This document shows positions 47,796 through 56,090 of a stretch of 64,000 nt of DNA, piece after piece. Below the pieces are notes generated by a model. That model was not told the origin of the DNA. It saw only the letters and a list, made by a program, of their open reading frames with translations, and made no database searches. Made by a program: the position numbers and the translations under genes. This DNA is from Armatimonadota bacterium (GTDB lineage: Bacteria > Armatimonadota > UBA5829 > DTLH01): the NCBI GenBank assembly GCA_039680575.1, contig JBDKSP010000023.1:13506-77505 (forward strand), given 5' to 3'. Within the stretch, counting starts at the first letter, position 1, and each line of letters opens with the position of its first letter.

Positions 47796-48461
47796 ATGAA
47801 TGGTTACTGGTATGAACGAGAAGATATAAGAGAGAAGCTGGTCCTTTTTGGTCGTGCCATACAAGGCCCAGGACCCTATGAAGTAGTCATCGAGCCGGAC
47901 CAGGATAAATGCCACAGTGCTTGCTGCAGCTTTGAGTCAAAAAGGATAACTGTAAACCCGACCATCTTTAATGTCTCACCGAAGGAGCAGTATCTACTCA
48001 CTAAAGCTGCACTTGTCCATGAAGCCGGACATCGCAGATACACCACACCGACGCCACTTCCATCCATCATCTCTGAGATATTCAACATACTTGAAGACGA
48101 AAGAGTAGAAAACCGGATGTGGGAGGAGTTTATCGGATTAAGATGGCTCATCAAAAGACTGGCTGCAAGGTTCTATGAAGAAGCAGAACCGGTTAACAAA
48201 GCCTCTGATATGCCGCATGCTGTGGTCTCTTACTTCCTTCAGCTGAGATGGGCTAAAAGAATAGGTAAACCAGTCAAGGGTGGCCTTTCATCCAGAAATG
48301 CAGCTCTTTGGGAGAAGATAGAGCCGCTTGTATATGAGTCCTGGCAGGCAGAAAGTTCGGAATCAGTAACCAGAAATACAGCAAAGATTGCCGAGATTCT
48401 CTCCTTCAACGAAATCATCATATCGAATAGAAATAATAGTAATAGAAATGGAGGTGTATGA
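47796..48461 (+). CDS. HExxH zinc-metallopeptidase-like protein
   Basis: 221 aa. LTKAALVHEAGHRRY followed by ILEDERVENRMWEE (a possible third ligand). The family is not assigned; it could be DUF2201-like, ImmA/IrrE-like or ArdC-C-terminal-like. Confidence 0.5.
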   Translation: MNGYWYEREDIREKLVLFGRAIQGPGPYEVVIEPDQDKCHSACCSFESKRITVNPTIFNVSPKEQYLLTKAALVHEAGHRRYTTPTPLPSIISEIFNILEDERVENRMWEEFIGLRWLIKRLAARFYEEAEPVNKASDMPHAVVSYFLQLRWAKRIGKPVKGGLSSRNAALWEKIEPLVYESWQAESSESVTRNTAKIAEILSFNEIIISNRNNSNRNGGV

Positions 48462-49282
48462 AACTAAGATCACCAATTCCGTGGTTCGGTGGCAAGCAAT
48501 TAATGTCAGGAAAGCTCTTGCCGCTCTTTCCAGAGCATAAAACCTATGTAGAAGCTTTTGGCGGAGCCTGTTCACTCCTGTTTGCCAAGGAGCCAAGTCC
48601 TGTTGAGGTATATAACGACCTTGACTCCGATCTGGTCAATTTTATGCGTGTGCTAAGAGATAAAGAGATGTTCCCGGACTTCTACAACAGAGCCTGCCTG
48701 AGTCCTTACAGTCGGGAAGAATGGCAATTCTGTAAAGAACATTTAAATGATGACCCAAATCCAGTAGAAAGAGCCAGACGCTTCTTTGTTCTTGCCAGGT
48801 TTTCATTCAGCGGACTTGTCGGGAATTCATTCGGCATTACTGTAACATCTTCTAAAGGAGGGATGGTGCAGAAGGCTTCAGCATATCATGGTGTCCTTAA
48901 TACACTTCCTCGTCTCAGCGAAAGAATGTCATCTGTGCTGATAGAAAATAAGGACTTCCGCAAAATAATAGCGGCTTATGATTCCGACGAGACTTTCTTT
49001 TACCTCGATCCGCCTTACCTGCCGGAAACCCGCAGAGGCGGCAGCTACAAATGTGAGATGACGACAGAAGATCACCACAATCTTGTTAAGATGCTGCAAT
49101 CCATCAAAGGCAAAGTGATGCTCTCAGGCTATCCAAGCGAGCTATATGATTCACTCGGCTGGAAGAAACTTGAGTGGGAGGTTCCCTGCTGTGCTGTGGG
49201 CAGGACGAAGGTCTCCGGACTGCAAGGGAAGGGCGCATTAGGCTCGCATAAACGAACCGAGTGCGTTTGGATAAACTACTAA
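48458..49282 (+). CDS. Orphan DNA adenine methyltransferase (Dam/D12 class)
   Basis: 274 aa. PWFGGKQ, YVEAFGGACSLLF, VYNDLDSDLVNF, FYLDPPYL. ATGA overlap with the HExxH gene. No restriction endonuclease is adjacent. Confidence 0.88.
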   Translation: MKLRSPIPWFGGKQLMSGKLLPLFPEHKTYVEAFGGACSLLFAKEPSPVEVYNDLDSDLVNFMRVLRDKEMFPDFYNRACLSPYSREEWQFCKEHLNDDPNPVERARRFFVLARFSFSGLVGNSFGITVTSSKGGMVQKASAYHGVLNTLPRLSERMSSVLIENKDFRKIIAAYDSDETFFYLDPPYLPETRRGGSYKCEMTTEDHHNLVKMLQSIKGKVMLSGYPSELYDSLGWKKLEWEVPCCAVGRTKVSGLQGKGALGSHKRTECVWINY

Positions 49283-49414
49283 GTCTCTATGAAGGTGTGT
49301 TTCTACTGAGGTATTGACCAGCGTCTGGGGTAATGATACATGTACGTACGCTTAAAAATCCCCTTTATCATTAACCCCGTTCTCCTTAATGAGAACAGAT
49401 CAATGGAGCCCTCT

Positions 49415-49750
49415 ATGAAGTGCCTCTTATACATTCGCTTTCCAATACATAAAGGCTTGCCTCAGTACAGAACCTTCGATACTTGTCTTGTCGTGTCAAG
49501 AAACTACGCCAAAGAGAAAGGCTGGAATATCGTAGACCGGATTGTTGATATAGACGACTTTTCCAGCCGTAACATTAAGACTAAAATCAAGAACCTGCAT
49601 AGCTATCTGGAGAAGAAACATCCCCGCATTGATATGGTCATAATGGCAACATCTGATATACCACGCTTCACCGACTTTGCCTTACTGAAAAGAATCCTAT
49701 CGAAAAGTAATATTGAGCTTACTATGTTAATTGCACCAGATTATAAATAG
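49415..49750 (+). CDS. Stand-alone resolvase-catalytic-domain-like protein lacking the catalytic serine
   Basis: 111 aa from ATG 49415 (GGAG at 6-nt spacing). MKCLLYIRFP...SRNYAKEKGWNIVDRIV...IDMVIMATSDIPRFTDFALLKRILSKSNIELTML aligns by eye with recombinase 2, CFIYCRVSTEEQ...CRDFAKHGEYAVKEIF...IDAVIVQETDRLARNTKDHLTIKAVLKKAGIKLISV. The RVS becomes RFP and DRLAR becomes DIPRF. Confidence 0.5.
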   Translation: MKCLLYIRFPIHKGLPQYRTFDTCLVVSRNYAKEKGWNIVDRIVDIDDFSSRNIKTKIKNLHSYLEKKHPRIDMVIMATSDIPRFTDFALLKRILSKSNIELTMLIAPDYK

Positions 49751-49816
49751 GCGCTATGTGTGTCTGGGTGCGTTGGAAGGGAAAAGACGTGGACTAATGT
49801 GTGCAGTTAATCATCT

Positions 49817-50182
49817 TTATTCTGCTGTATCTTCCCTCAGTGAGACAATCAAGTCCACCATACATCGGATCTGTTCGGTCAGGAGTTCTTCCTCTTTTTC
49901 TGTAAGGCGTTCAAACTCCCTGGCTACTGCCTCTACTCTGTCGGTATGGGTAAATGTCCGGCCCATAGTAACAAGTGCGCCAACATCAACCTGAAGTGCT
50001 TCAGCCAGACGTGATAATGCCGGAAGTGAAGGAGCATTCATCGCTACTTCCAGCCGTGCAACATAGTTTGTGCTTAAACCGGCGCGGTCTGCAAGCTCTT
50101 CCTGTGTTATATCTAATGCCTTCCGTCTATTGCTGATGTTCCTTGCAACGGAAGCAAGCAATCCTTCTAATCTCTGCCTTTT
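49817..50182 (-). CDS. XRE-family helix-turn-helix regulator
   Basis: Start taken at MKRQRLEGLL (50182) within ORF 49817-50272. ITQEELADRAGLSTNYVARLEVAMNAPSLPALSRLAEAL is a classic HTH_3 motif. Confidence 0.8.
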   Translation of the reverse strand, partial: KRQRLEGLLASVARNISNRRKALDITQEELADRAGLSTNYVARLEVAMNAPSLPALSRLAEALQVDVGALVTMGRTFTHTDRVEAVAREFERLTEKEEELLTEQIRCMVDLIVSLREDTAE

Positions 50183-50315
50183 CATCACCTGTAGTTTAAA
50201 CTTCAACAATCCCACCCTCAATTGAGTAAAATGATAGCAATATTGACTAAAAAGATAAGTCATGAATACCATGTATCTTAGTGGTCGGATGCTTCAGTCA
50301 AAGGAGGAGTCAATT

Positions 50316-51107
50316 ATGAAGTTGAAAATGAAGGGAAGACACTATCGTTTCAAGCAAGCAGGAGGATTTATTCTGGCAGCCACAGCAATTCTACTCATTG
50401 TCCTGCTGCAAGGCTGTGGCGGTGGAGGAGGGGGATCAAGCAGTGGAAAGGGATCCATTGAAGGAAAAGTCCGAAACAGTGAGGGTACAGCTCTACCTCA
50501 TGCAACCGTAACTGCCGGTGGAAAAAACGCAACAACAGACAATGATGGAAACTTTACAATTAACGATGTATCAGCAGGCACACAGACAGTTTCAGCATCA
50601 CTTGCTGGATACTTTAATGATGGCAGAGGTAGTGCTTCCGTTCAGGTAGTTGATAAGAACACCACCAGTGGTTCCTCACTGATTCTGGTGCCTACATCGA
50701 ACGGAGAAGTGTTTATCTGGCATCTAGCGGCGAGTAGTTCAGATTATGACAGTAATCCGCAGCAGAAGCAGCTTGGCGGTACGATTTACTATGATAGTCT
50801 GTTCCGCAATGGAGGTTGGATATTTGATGACTATCTGGAAGCGATCTACTCACTTGGACGCCGGTATTCGAGGTTCAAAGCTACGATAGGTGTAGCGGAT
50901 GACGAGTCTGACCTGACTTCACATCTTGTCTTTAAGGTGATAGGTGACGGCAATACCCTTTACCAGTCAGAGCCTTTGAAGGTTGGAATGATCGATAATG
51001 TTGATGTCGATGTCTCCAATGTCTTAACCCTGCAACTCCAGGTATATTGTGTGGATGATGAAAAACCAGCTGCTGTCTGGGGGAATGCTCGATTGTCGTT
51101 GAAGTAA
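50316..51107 (+). CDS. Lipoprotein with carboxypeptidase-regulatory-like and NPCBM-like carbohydrate-binding domains
   Basis: ATG 50316 follows AAGGAGG. LLQGC lipobox-like plus a Gly/Ser linker. GKVRNSEGTALPHATVTAGGKNATTDNDGNFTINDV is CarboxypepD_reg-like. LGRRYSRFKATIGVADDESDLTSHLVFKVIGDGNTLYQSEPLKVG...LTLQLQVYCVDDEKPAAVWGNARLSL is an NPCBM-like pattern. Confidence 0.6.
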   Translation: MKLKMKGRHYRFKQAGGFILAATAILLIVLLQGCGGGGGGSSSGKGSIEGKVRNSEGTALPHATVTAGGKNATTDNDGNFTINDVSAGTQTVSASLAGYFNDGRGSASVQVVDKNTTSGSSLILVPTSNGEVFIWHLAASSSDYDSNPQQKQLGGTIYYDSLFRNGGWIFDDYLEAIYSLGRRYSRFKATIGVADDESDLTSHLVFKVIGDGNTLYQSEPLKVGMIDNVDVDVSNVLTLQLQVYCVDDEKPAAVWGNARLSLK

Positions 51108-51117
51108 GTTAGTTAAT

Positions 51118-51157
51118 AGGAATGGGGTGAAGTTATGCTCCATTCCTGTTTTTGTTT
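51118..51157 (+). terminator. Rho-independent terminator
   Basis: AGGAATGG (51118-51125) pairs with CCATTCCT (51140-51147), followed by GTTTTTGTTT. Confidence 0.65.
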
Positions 51158-51188
51158 CAGGTAAGTGACAACTGACAGTTCCGCTTCA

Positions 51189-51218
51189 TTGACGTGTCTA
51201 GTGCCTGCTAGCTATACT
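51189..51218 (+). promoter_or_regulatory. Candidate sigma70 promoter for the 1009-aa protein gene
   Basis: TTGACG (51189-51194), 18-nt spacer, TATACT (51213-51218). Confidence 0.4.
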
Positions 51219-51342
51219 TTAGGTAAAGTTTCAATAGTGGGGGTGATAATAGAAAATTAACCTGCAATCCATGGGATGTGTACTGCTTTACCAGAATGGT
51301 GTACACGACAGAATTTGAATCCAGGAGATAAGAGCAATTACT

Positions 51343-54300
51343 ATGAGATTGATGAAAGCAGTATTGATTTGCAGTTTAATGGTAGCAATGGTGCTACTCG
51401 CGGTGGGGGCCTATGCAGTAGAACCAACGTGGACGACCAGACCTGGAACAATCAGGCATGCTTTGGAGCAGACTGATGGGACTTCCGTATATCTAGACGC
51501 AGTAAGAATCAGAAAAAACAGGCCAAGCGATAACCCAGCTTATTATGTTGTTGGTGAATGCTATAAATGTGAATCTACAATTATCGTACTTGCCTCTCTG
51601 CCTGAAGGTTTTCAAATAGATCAAACAGTAGATGTAGAAGGAACCCTTACTACGCTCGACAATGGTTATAGAGCAGTAACCAATGTAACTATTTATGCGT
51701 ATCTCGACCGCGACGGAAATATGCTCTACCATGGTCCTCTCGTAAAGGGGGTACTATCACCCACGCAATGGGAGTGGAAGCAGGCTTTTGCTTCATCAAC
51801 TACATCATCGTCATCTATGAATAGTATGTCTGCAATGGCAGAGAACGAATCATCAAGTAATGAGCCTGATCCGTCGCCGCTAGCAGCATCTACTTATTAT
51901 TCAACAATAGCAGCAGTTAAATCTCAACCGGATGATACGTTCGTGGAGTTGCAGTGTCATCCAATCCAGTCAGTATCTACTGGTTATTTCATTATGTCCG
52001 AGGATGGTACATCGGATACGATCAAGGTTTATTATTCAAACCCAGCTGTTGCAACATCAAGAGTAAACAAGATCACTGGGACAATGAAGACTGAATCGGG
52101 GCAGCGCGTACTGTGTGTAGATAGCGGTCCAGGATTTGATCCTGCTGTCAATCAGATTGGTAATGCATTTATAGTTTCAAGCGGTACAATAGCTTGGGCA
52201 ATGACCTTCCCAGATGGTATCACTCTTCCTACCGATGGTAGGTCCCATGCTCTCGTTGGCAAGTTAGTTTCCTGGTGCGATGGTAGTGTTCTAAACATAC
52301 AGGAACCTGGTGGATACATGGGAATCATGGTTAATCCCAGTACTTTACCGCCAGATAGCCAAAACTACACTGTTGATATAGATGGAATCATATATTCTGA
52401 TGCCAATACAGGTGAACGTTTTATCTCTGGAACAACTACATACACGGTGACTAGCCAGAGTGTAAAATCTGTGGGTATGAATGGCAAGTCCATCGGTGGT
52501 AGTGATTTTAATGTTTATACTACAAGTGTTGGTCAAAGTGTCGGACTATACAATATTGGAACCTATGTTCGTGTTTGGGGTCGAGTAACGGATTCATATC
52601 CTCAATATGGCTATTTTTACATTGATGATGGTAGTCATCGAACTGATGGAACACTTGACGCTAATGGACAACCAAGAGTTGGCATCTGTGTGGCTTGTTA
52701 CCACAATGTAATTCCTGCTGTTGGTTCGTATGCAATAGTCAATGGCGTATTAGGTAAATTTACAGATGGTACAAATATTGGCGTTGCAGTGTGGTCCTAT
52801 CTTCCTTCTGATATAAGCTTCGATGGTGCTCCATCTCCGGTCGGTTTGAGCGCTGATGGATACAATGGCAAAGTGTTGCTTTCTTGGACGAGTATTATCG
52901 GTGGTAGTGTAACTGTATATCGAAGTGACTCAGAAACGGGACAGTATGTTGCTATAGGGCAAGGTGACGAGACTGGTTATACCGATGCAACGGTCACAAA
53001 TGGTACAACATATTGGTATAAGGTTGCTGCACACGGGCCATCAGGTGACGGATCACTATCAACTGCTGTTTCAGCGACTCCTAATGCGTCATTTCCGATT
53101 GTCACAATATCTGGACACACGATGGCCGATGATGGTCTAGTGACACTTAACGTAGTTGGGTATGCATGCGCAGGGGGTACGGCGCCAACTGTATATAGCC
53201 TTTATGTTGATGGTGAGTCCGTATGGGATTTTACTCCTGCCGAGGCGTCTTCAATAAAATACGATACGACACAGCTTCCGAATGGTACACATACTATAGA
53301 AATAAAAGGAGTAGGGACAGATAGCGCTGGTAACAACGCAATAGGATCCGATAAGTGGACGTTTGTTGTAAACAACTATATATCTGAGTTCAATGTTCCT
53401 GATGACATGTGCGGAATGCAACCGATTTCTGCTAAGTTTCCAACTGATACGAGTTGGACACTGACCGTTGTAAAGAATAACTCGACACTATACTCAACCA
53501 GTGGGTATGGAAATTCTATGCAGGTAGCTTGGGATGCAGGAAATACCTATGGTGATTTTCAGGTAGCCTTGGCAGCTGGAGGGAAAACACGAACTGTAAA
53601 GAGCAGAAAAGATAATAGTAGTTCAGGTGGATCATATTATTCATGGGCATCAGTCTATGTAAAGGATAGTGATCCAGGGTATCAGGGTAATTTCCAGTAT
53701 ATGCATCAGGCCGCTTGTTATGCACTTCAATCCAAATATGGAGTATCTTTATATTCGGGCATGCTTAGTGATGATAATGATTGGCAGGATATTGTAATAG
53801 ACTCAGTATTGAATGGAGATATTCCTGCAAATAATCTTGTCATATCTGGACACGGAATGGCAGGTGTAACAAGCCAGAAAAACCCAATGTGGCAGGGCGT
53901 GGTAGCAGGTAAGTTTCCTGGCAGCAGCTATGTAGCTGGCTCTGGCCTTACTGCTTTTTTTGATATATCACCATACCTTCGCCTGCCTGGGCACTATACG
54001 CCTGTTGGCCCAGCGATAGGCAATACGGTGGAATGGGATAACGATAGCGGGCGTCCAATGAACTGGAATTCTACACGACGATTAAGATTCGTATATATTG
54101 GCGCCTGCAGAGCAGGCCAAGGAGTATTCAGCCTTGCTTTTGGAACACCAAGGGGTAGGTATCCTGGTAGAGGGAGAGCCTTCCTATCATTTAAAGATGA
54201 AGTTCCTGGTGGTTATGCCCAGATGTTCTCAGAAAGATTCTGGTCAGCATGGAGTAACTCTGGTGTTACTGTAGCACAAGCTGCCACACAGGCTTACTGG

Positions 54301-54372
54301 TATGTTAGGAATCAGACAGGGTATAAAGTCAACTACGTTCTTCACGGAGATCCGAATCTTCTGATACAATAG
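51343..54372 (+). CDS. Large secreted multidomain protein: repeated beta-barrel modules, FN3, Ig-like, C-terminal peptidase-C25-like domain
   Basis: 1009 aa. Signal peptide MRLMKAVLICSLMVAMVLLAVGAYA. Four similar modules, e.g. GTSVYLDAVRI...VDVEGTL and GTYVRVWGRVT...YAIVNGVLG. FN3-like GKVLLSWTSIIGGSVTVYRSDSETGQYVAIG...YWYKV. The tail has NLVISGHGMAG, FVYIGACRAGQG and terminal VLHGDPNLLIQ. Confidence 0.75.
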   Translation: MRLMKAVLICSLMVAMVLLAVGAYAVEPTWTTRPGTIRHALEQTDGTSVYLDAVRIRKNRPSDNPAYYVVGECYKCESTIIVLASLPEGFQIDQTVDVEGTLTTLDNGYRAVTNVTIYAYLDRDGNMLYHGPLVKGVLSPTQWEWKQAFASSTTSSSSMNSMSAMAENESSSNEPDPSPLAASTYYSTIAAVKSQPDDTFVELQCHPIQSVSTGYFIMSEDGTSDTIKVYYSNPAVATSRVNKITGTMKTESGQRVLCVDSGPGFDPAVNQIGNAFIVSSGTIAWAMTFPDGITLPTDGRSHALVGKLVSWCDGSVLNIQEPGGYMGIMVNPSTLPPDSQNYTVDIDGIIYSDANTGERFISGTTTYTVTSQSVKSVGMNGKSIGGSDFNVYTTSVGQSVGLYNIGTYVRVWGRVTDSYPQYGYFYIDDGSHRTDGTLDANGQPRVGICVACYHNVIPAVGSYAIVNGVLGKFTDGTNIGVAVWSYLPSDISFDGAPSPVGLSADGYNGKVLLSWTSIIGGSVTVYRSDSETGQYVAIGQGDETGYTDATVTNGTTYWYKVAAHGPSGDGSLSTAVSATPNASFPIVTISGHTMADDGLVTLNVVGYACAGGTAPTVYSLYVDGESVWDFTPAEASSIKYDTTQLPNGTHTIEIKGVGTDSAGNNAIGSDKWTFVVNNYISEFNVPDDMCGMQPISAKFPTDTSWTLTVVKNNSTLYSTSGYGNSMQVAWDAGNTYGDFQVALAAGGKTRTVKSRKDNSSSGGSYYSWASVYVKDSDPGYQGNFQYMHQAACYALQSKYGVSLYSGMLSDDNDWQDIVIDSVLNGDIPANNLVISGHGMAGVTSQKNPMWQGVVAGKFPGSSYVAGSGLTAFFDISPYLRLPGHYTPVGPAIGNTVEWDNDSGRPMNWNSTRRLRFVYIGACRAGQGVFSLAFGTPRGRYPGRGRAFLSFKDEVPGGYAQMFSERFWSAWSNSGVTVAQAATQAYWYVRNQTGYKVNYVLHGDPNLLIQ

Positions 54373-54383
54373 TTGCGTCTTTA

Positions 54384-54418
54384 ATGTGGAGGTGATTTTA
54401 TATTACTCACCTCCACAT
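54384..54418. repeat. Perfect 12-bp-stem hairpin after the large gene
   Basis: ATGTGGAGGTGA (54384-54395) and TCACCTCCACAT (54407-54418). There is no T-run, so terminator function is uncertain. Confidence 0.5.
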
Positions 54419-54440
54419 ATCTATCGTCAAGAGGCTGAAA

Positions 54441-54929
54441 ATGAAATCAATAATGGGCGTGATAATTATCATTGTTATTGGTGCTACTTTTGTTGGTTGT
54501 GCAAAACAGAAAATAACTCCAGTAAAGGAACAGAAGAAAGATGAGGTGATGGTAGATCGGGATTATGTGTCTATTATAAAAAAAACAGCGGATCCTTATA
54601 TCTTTAAAATAAGCATCATAAAAGTAAACAAGAAAGCCAGTACCCAAATCAGTGGTCTTCCCGCAGTAGTTGATCTGACTCTAACGGACAGCAAAGGCAA
54701 GATCTTTACTGCTGAAAAATGGCAAGATCAGAAATATGCTAAAGAAGTTGGCAATATATTTAGCACTTTAAGAAAACCTGGCTTGCAGACAGTTACAGGG
54801 AAATTACGGCTAGTAAAGAATGATCTTCCACCTGGTAGGTATATAGTTAAGCCGCGAATCAGAATACAGGAAGTGTTTGCTTCGATAGACTACCCTGCGG
54901 GTAACTCAGTAACGATTGAGGTCAAATAG
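54441..54929 (+). CDS. Lipoprotein carrying one copy of an unrecognised ~130-aa domain
   Basis: 162 aa. MKSIMGVIIIIVIGATFVGC lipobox-like. The domain runs VDRDYVSIIKKTADPYIFKISIIKVNKK...DLTLTDSKGKIF...GKLRLVKNDLPPGRYIVKPRIRIQE...PAGNSVTIEVK. Confidence 0.7.
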   Translation: MKSIMGVIIIIVIGATFVGCAKQKITPVKEQKKDEVMVDRDYVSIIKKTADPYIFKISIIKVNKKASTQISGLPAVVDLTLTDSKGKIFTAEKWQDQKYAKEVGNIFSTLRKPGLQTVTGKLRLVKNDLPPGRYIVKPRIRIQEVFASIDYPAGNSVTIEVK

Positions 54930-54937
54930 GCAAAGTT

Positions 54938-55912
54938 ATGAGGCGACGTTCACTTGCTACTATTCTGATAGGCATTATTGTTGCGGTAGGTTTTGTAGCT
55001 TATTGGATAAGAGTGCATACCTTAGCTGCTGCTAGGAAAGACACTGTAGATCGTGACTTTGTGGCTACAATACAGAAGACCGAAGATCCTTACGAATTTG
55101 AGATAAGTATCAAAAAAACAAATAAACATGTGGACAAGAAGATAGGCGGTTTCGCTGTTGTTGCTGATCTGGCTTTAAGAGACAGCAAAGGACGAGTGTT
55201 TCCTGCTGAAGATGACGTAAACCTTAGTTATGCAGTAGAAATTGGCGAAACATTCGGCATAATCATGCCTCCCTACATGGACTCTCTTACCAGTAAGGTT
55301 CGCCTGATTCGGCGTGATCTTCCTCTGGGTGACTACATCATACAACCGCGCATTCGCATACTTGAAGACGGAAAGGACCGGCTTAGGGGTACACTCTATT
55401 GCGATGGCGGGACTGTTGCTGTTCCTGCAGGTAACTCTGTAAAAGTAAAAGTGCAGCCACCTTGGATGGTAAAGCCGTTGGAAGACGCAAATGATGTGAT
55501 TGACCCCGATTTTGCAGCTACTATAGCACCAACAAGTATGCCCAATGTTTTTTTGATTGAAGTCAAGCGCGTAAACAAGAACTCTGATAAGGCTATCAAC
55601 AGCCATCATGAAGTCTTTGTCGACTTCGATCTTGTGGACGAGAAAGGAAGACTTTATAAAGGAGACTTCCAGATAAGGACATTTGCAAAAGAAGTTAGCG
55701 ATGATTTCGCACCTAACGACGCATCACCATACCCAACCTCAAGAAAAGGTAAAGTACGGCTGATAACGACGAGTCTATCTACCGGAACTTATACGATCAA
55801 ACCCAGTGTTCGGGTAGTGGAAGAAGGTAAAGATAGAGTTGAGAATCCACGGGCAGAAGCTGGCAGCGTAAAGGTTCCTGCAGCTAATTCGGTGAAGGTT
55901 ACTATTCCATAG
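54938..55912 (+). CDS. Membrane-anchored protein with two tandem copies of the same unrecognised domain
   Basis: 324 aa. TM anchor. Copy 1 (aa 37-173): VDRDFVATIQKTEDPYEFEISIKKTNKH...SKVRLIRRDLPLGDYIIQPRIRILE...PAGNSVKVKVQ. Copy 2 (aa 187-324): IDPDFAATIAPTSMPNVFLIEVKRVNKN...GKVRLITTSLSTGTYTIKPSVRVVE...PAANSVKVTIP. Confidence 0.7.
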   Translation: MRRRSLATILIGIIVAVGFVAYWIRVHTLAAARKDTVDRDFVATIQKTEDPYEFEISIKKTNKHVDKKIGGFAVVADLALRDSKGRVFPAEDDVNLSYAVEIGETFGIIMPPYMDSLTSKVRLIRRDLPLGDYIIQPRIRILEDGKDRLRGTLYCDGGTVAVPAGNSVKVKVQPPWMVKPLEDANDVIDPDFAATIAPTSMPNVFLIEVKRVNKNSDKAINSHHEVFVDFDLVDEKGRLYKGDFQIRTFAKEVSDDFAPNDASPYPTSRKGKVRLITTSLSTGTYTIKPSVRVVEEGKDRVENPRAEAGSVKVPAANSVKVTIP

Positions 55913-56090
55913 CGCATGGAAAGCCAAACCATTATCGTCTTATAGGCTCTTGTGTTGATAATGCGGCATTCTCTGATGGTATGCTTCGCAATTCCGCAGG
56001 GAATGGATAGCATGGACAGTCCCAAGTAGGCAAGAGTATCACACTGAAAACGGGATAAATATACATCTGTGATGCAAAGGGGGGTGTGGT

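Noticed and set aside
51276-51476. 66-aa + strand ORF overlapping the start of the 1009-aa gene
   Set aside because: It is out of frame with, and largely inside, the signal-peptide region of the large gene. It starts inside that gene's promoter/leader region.
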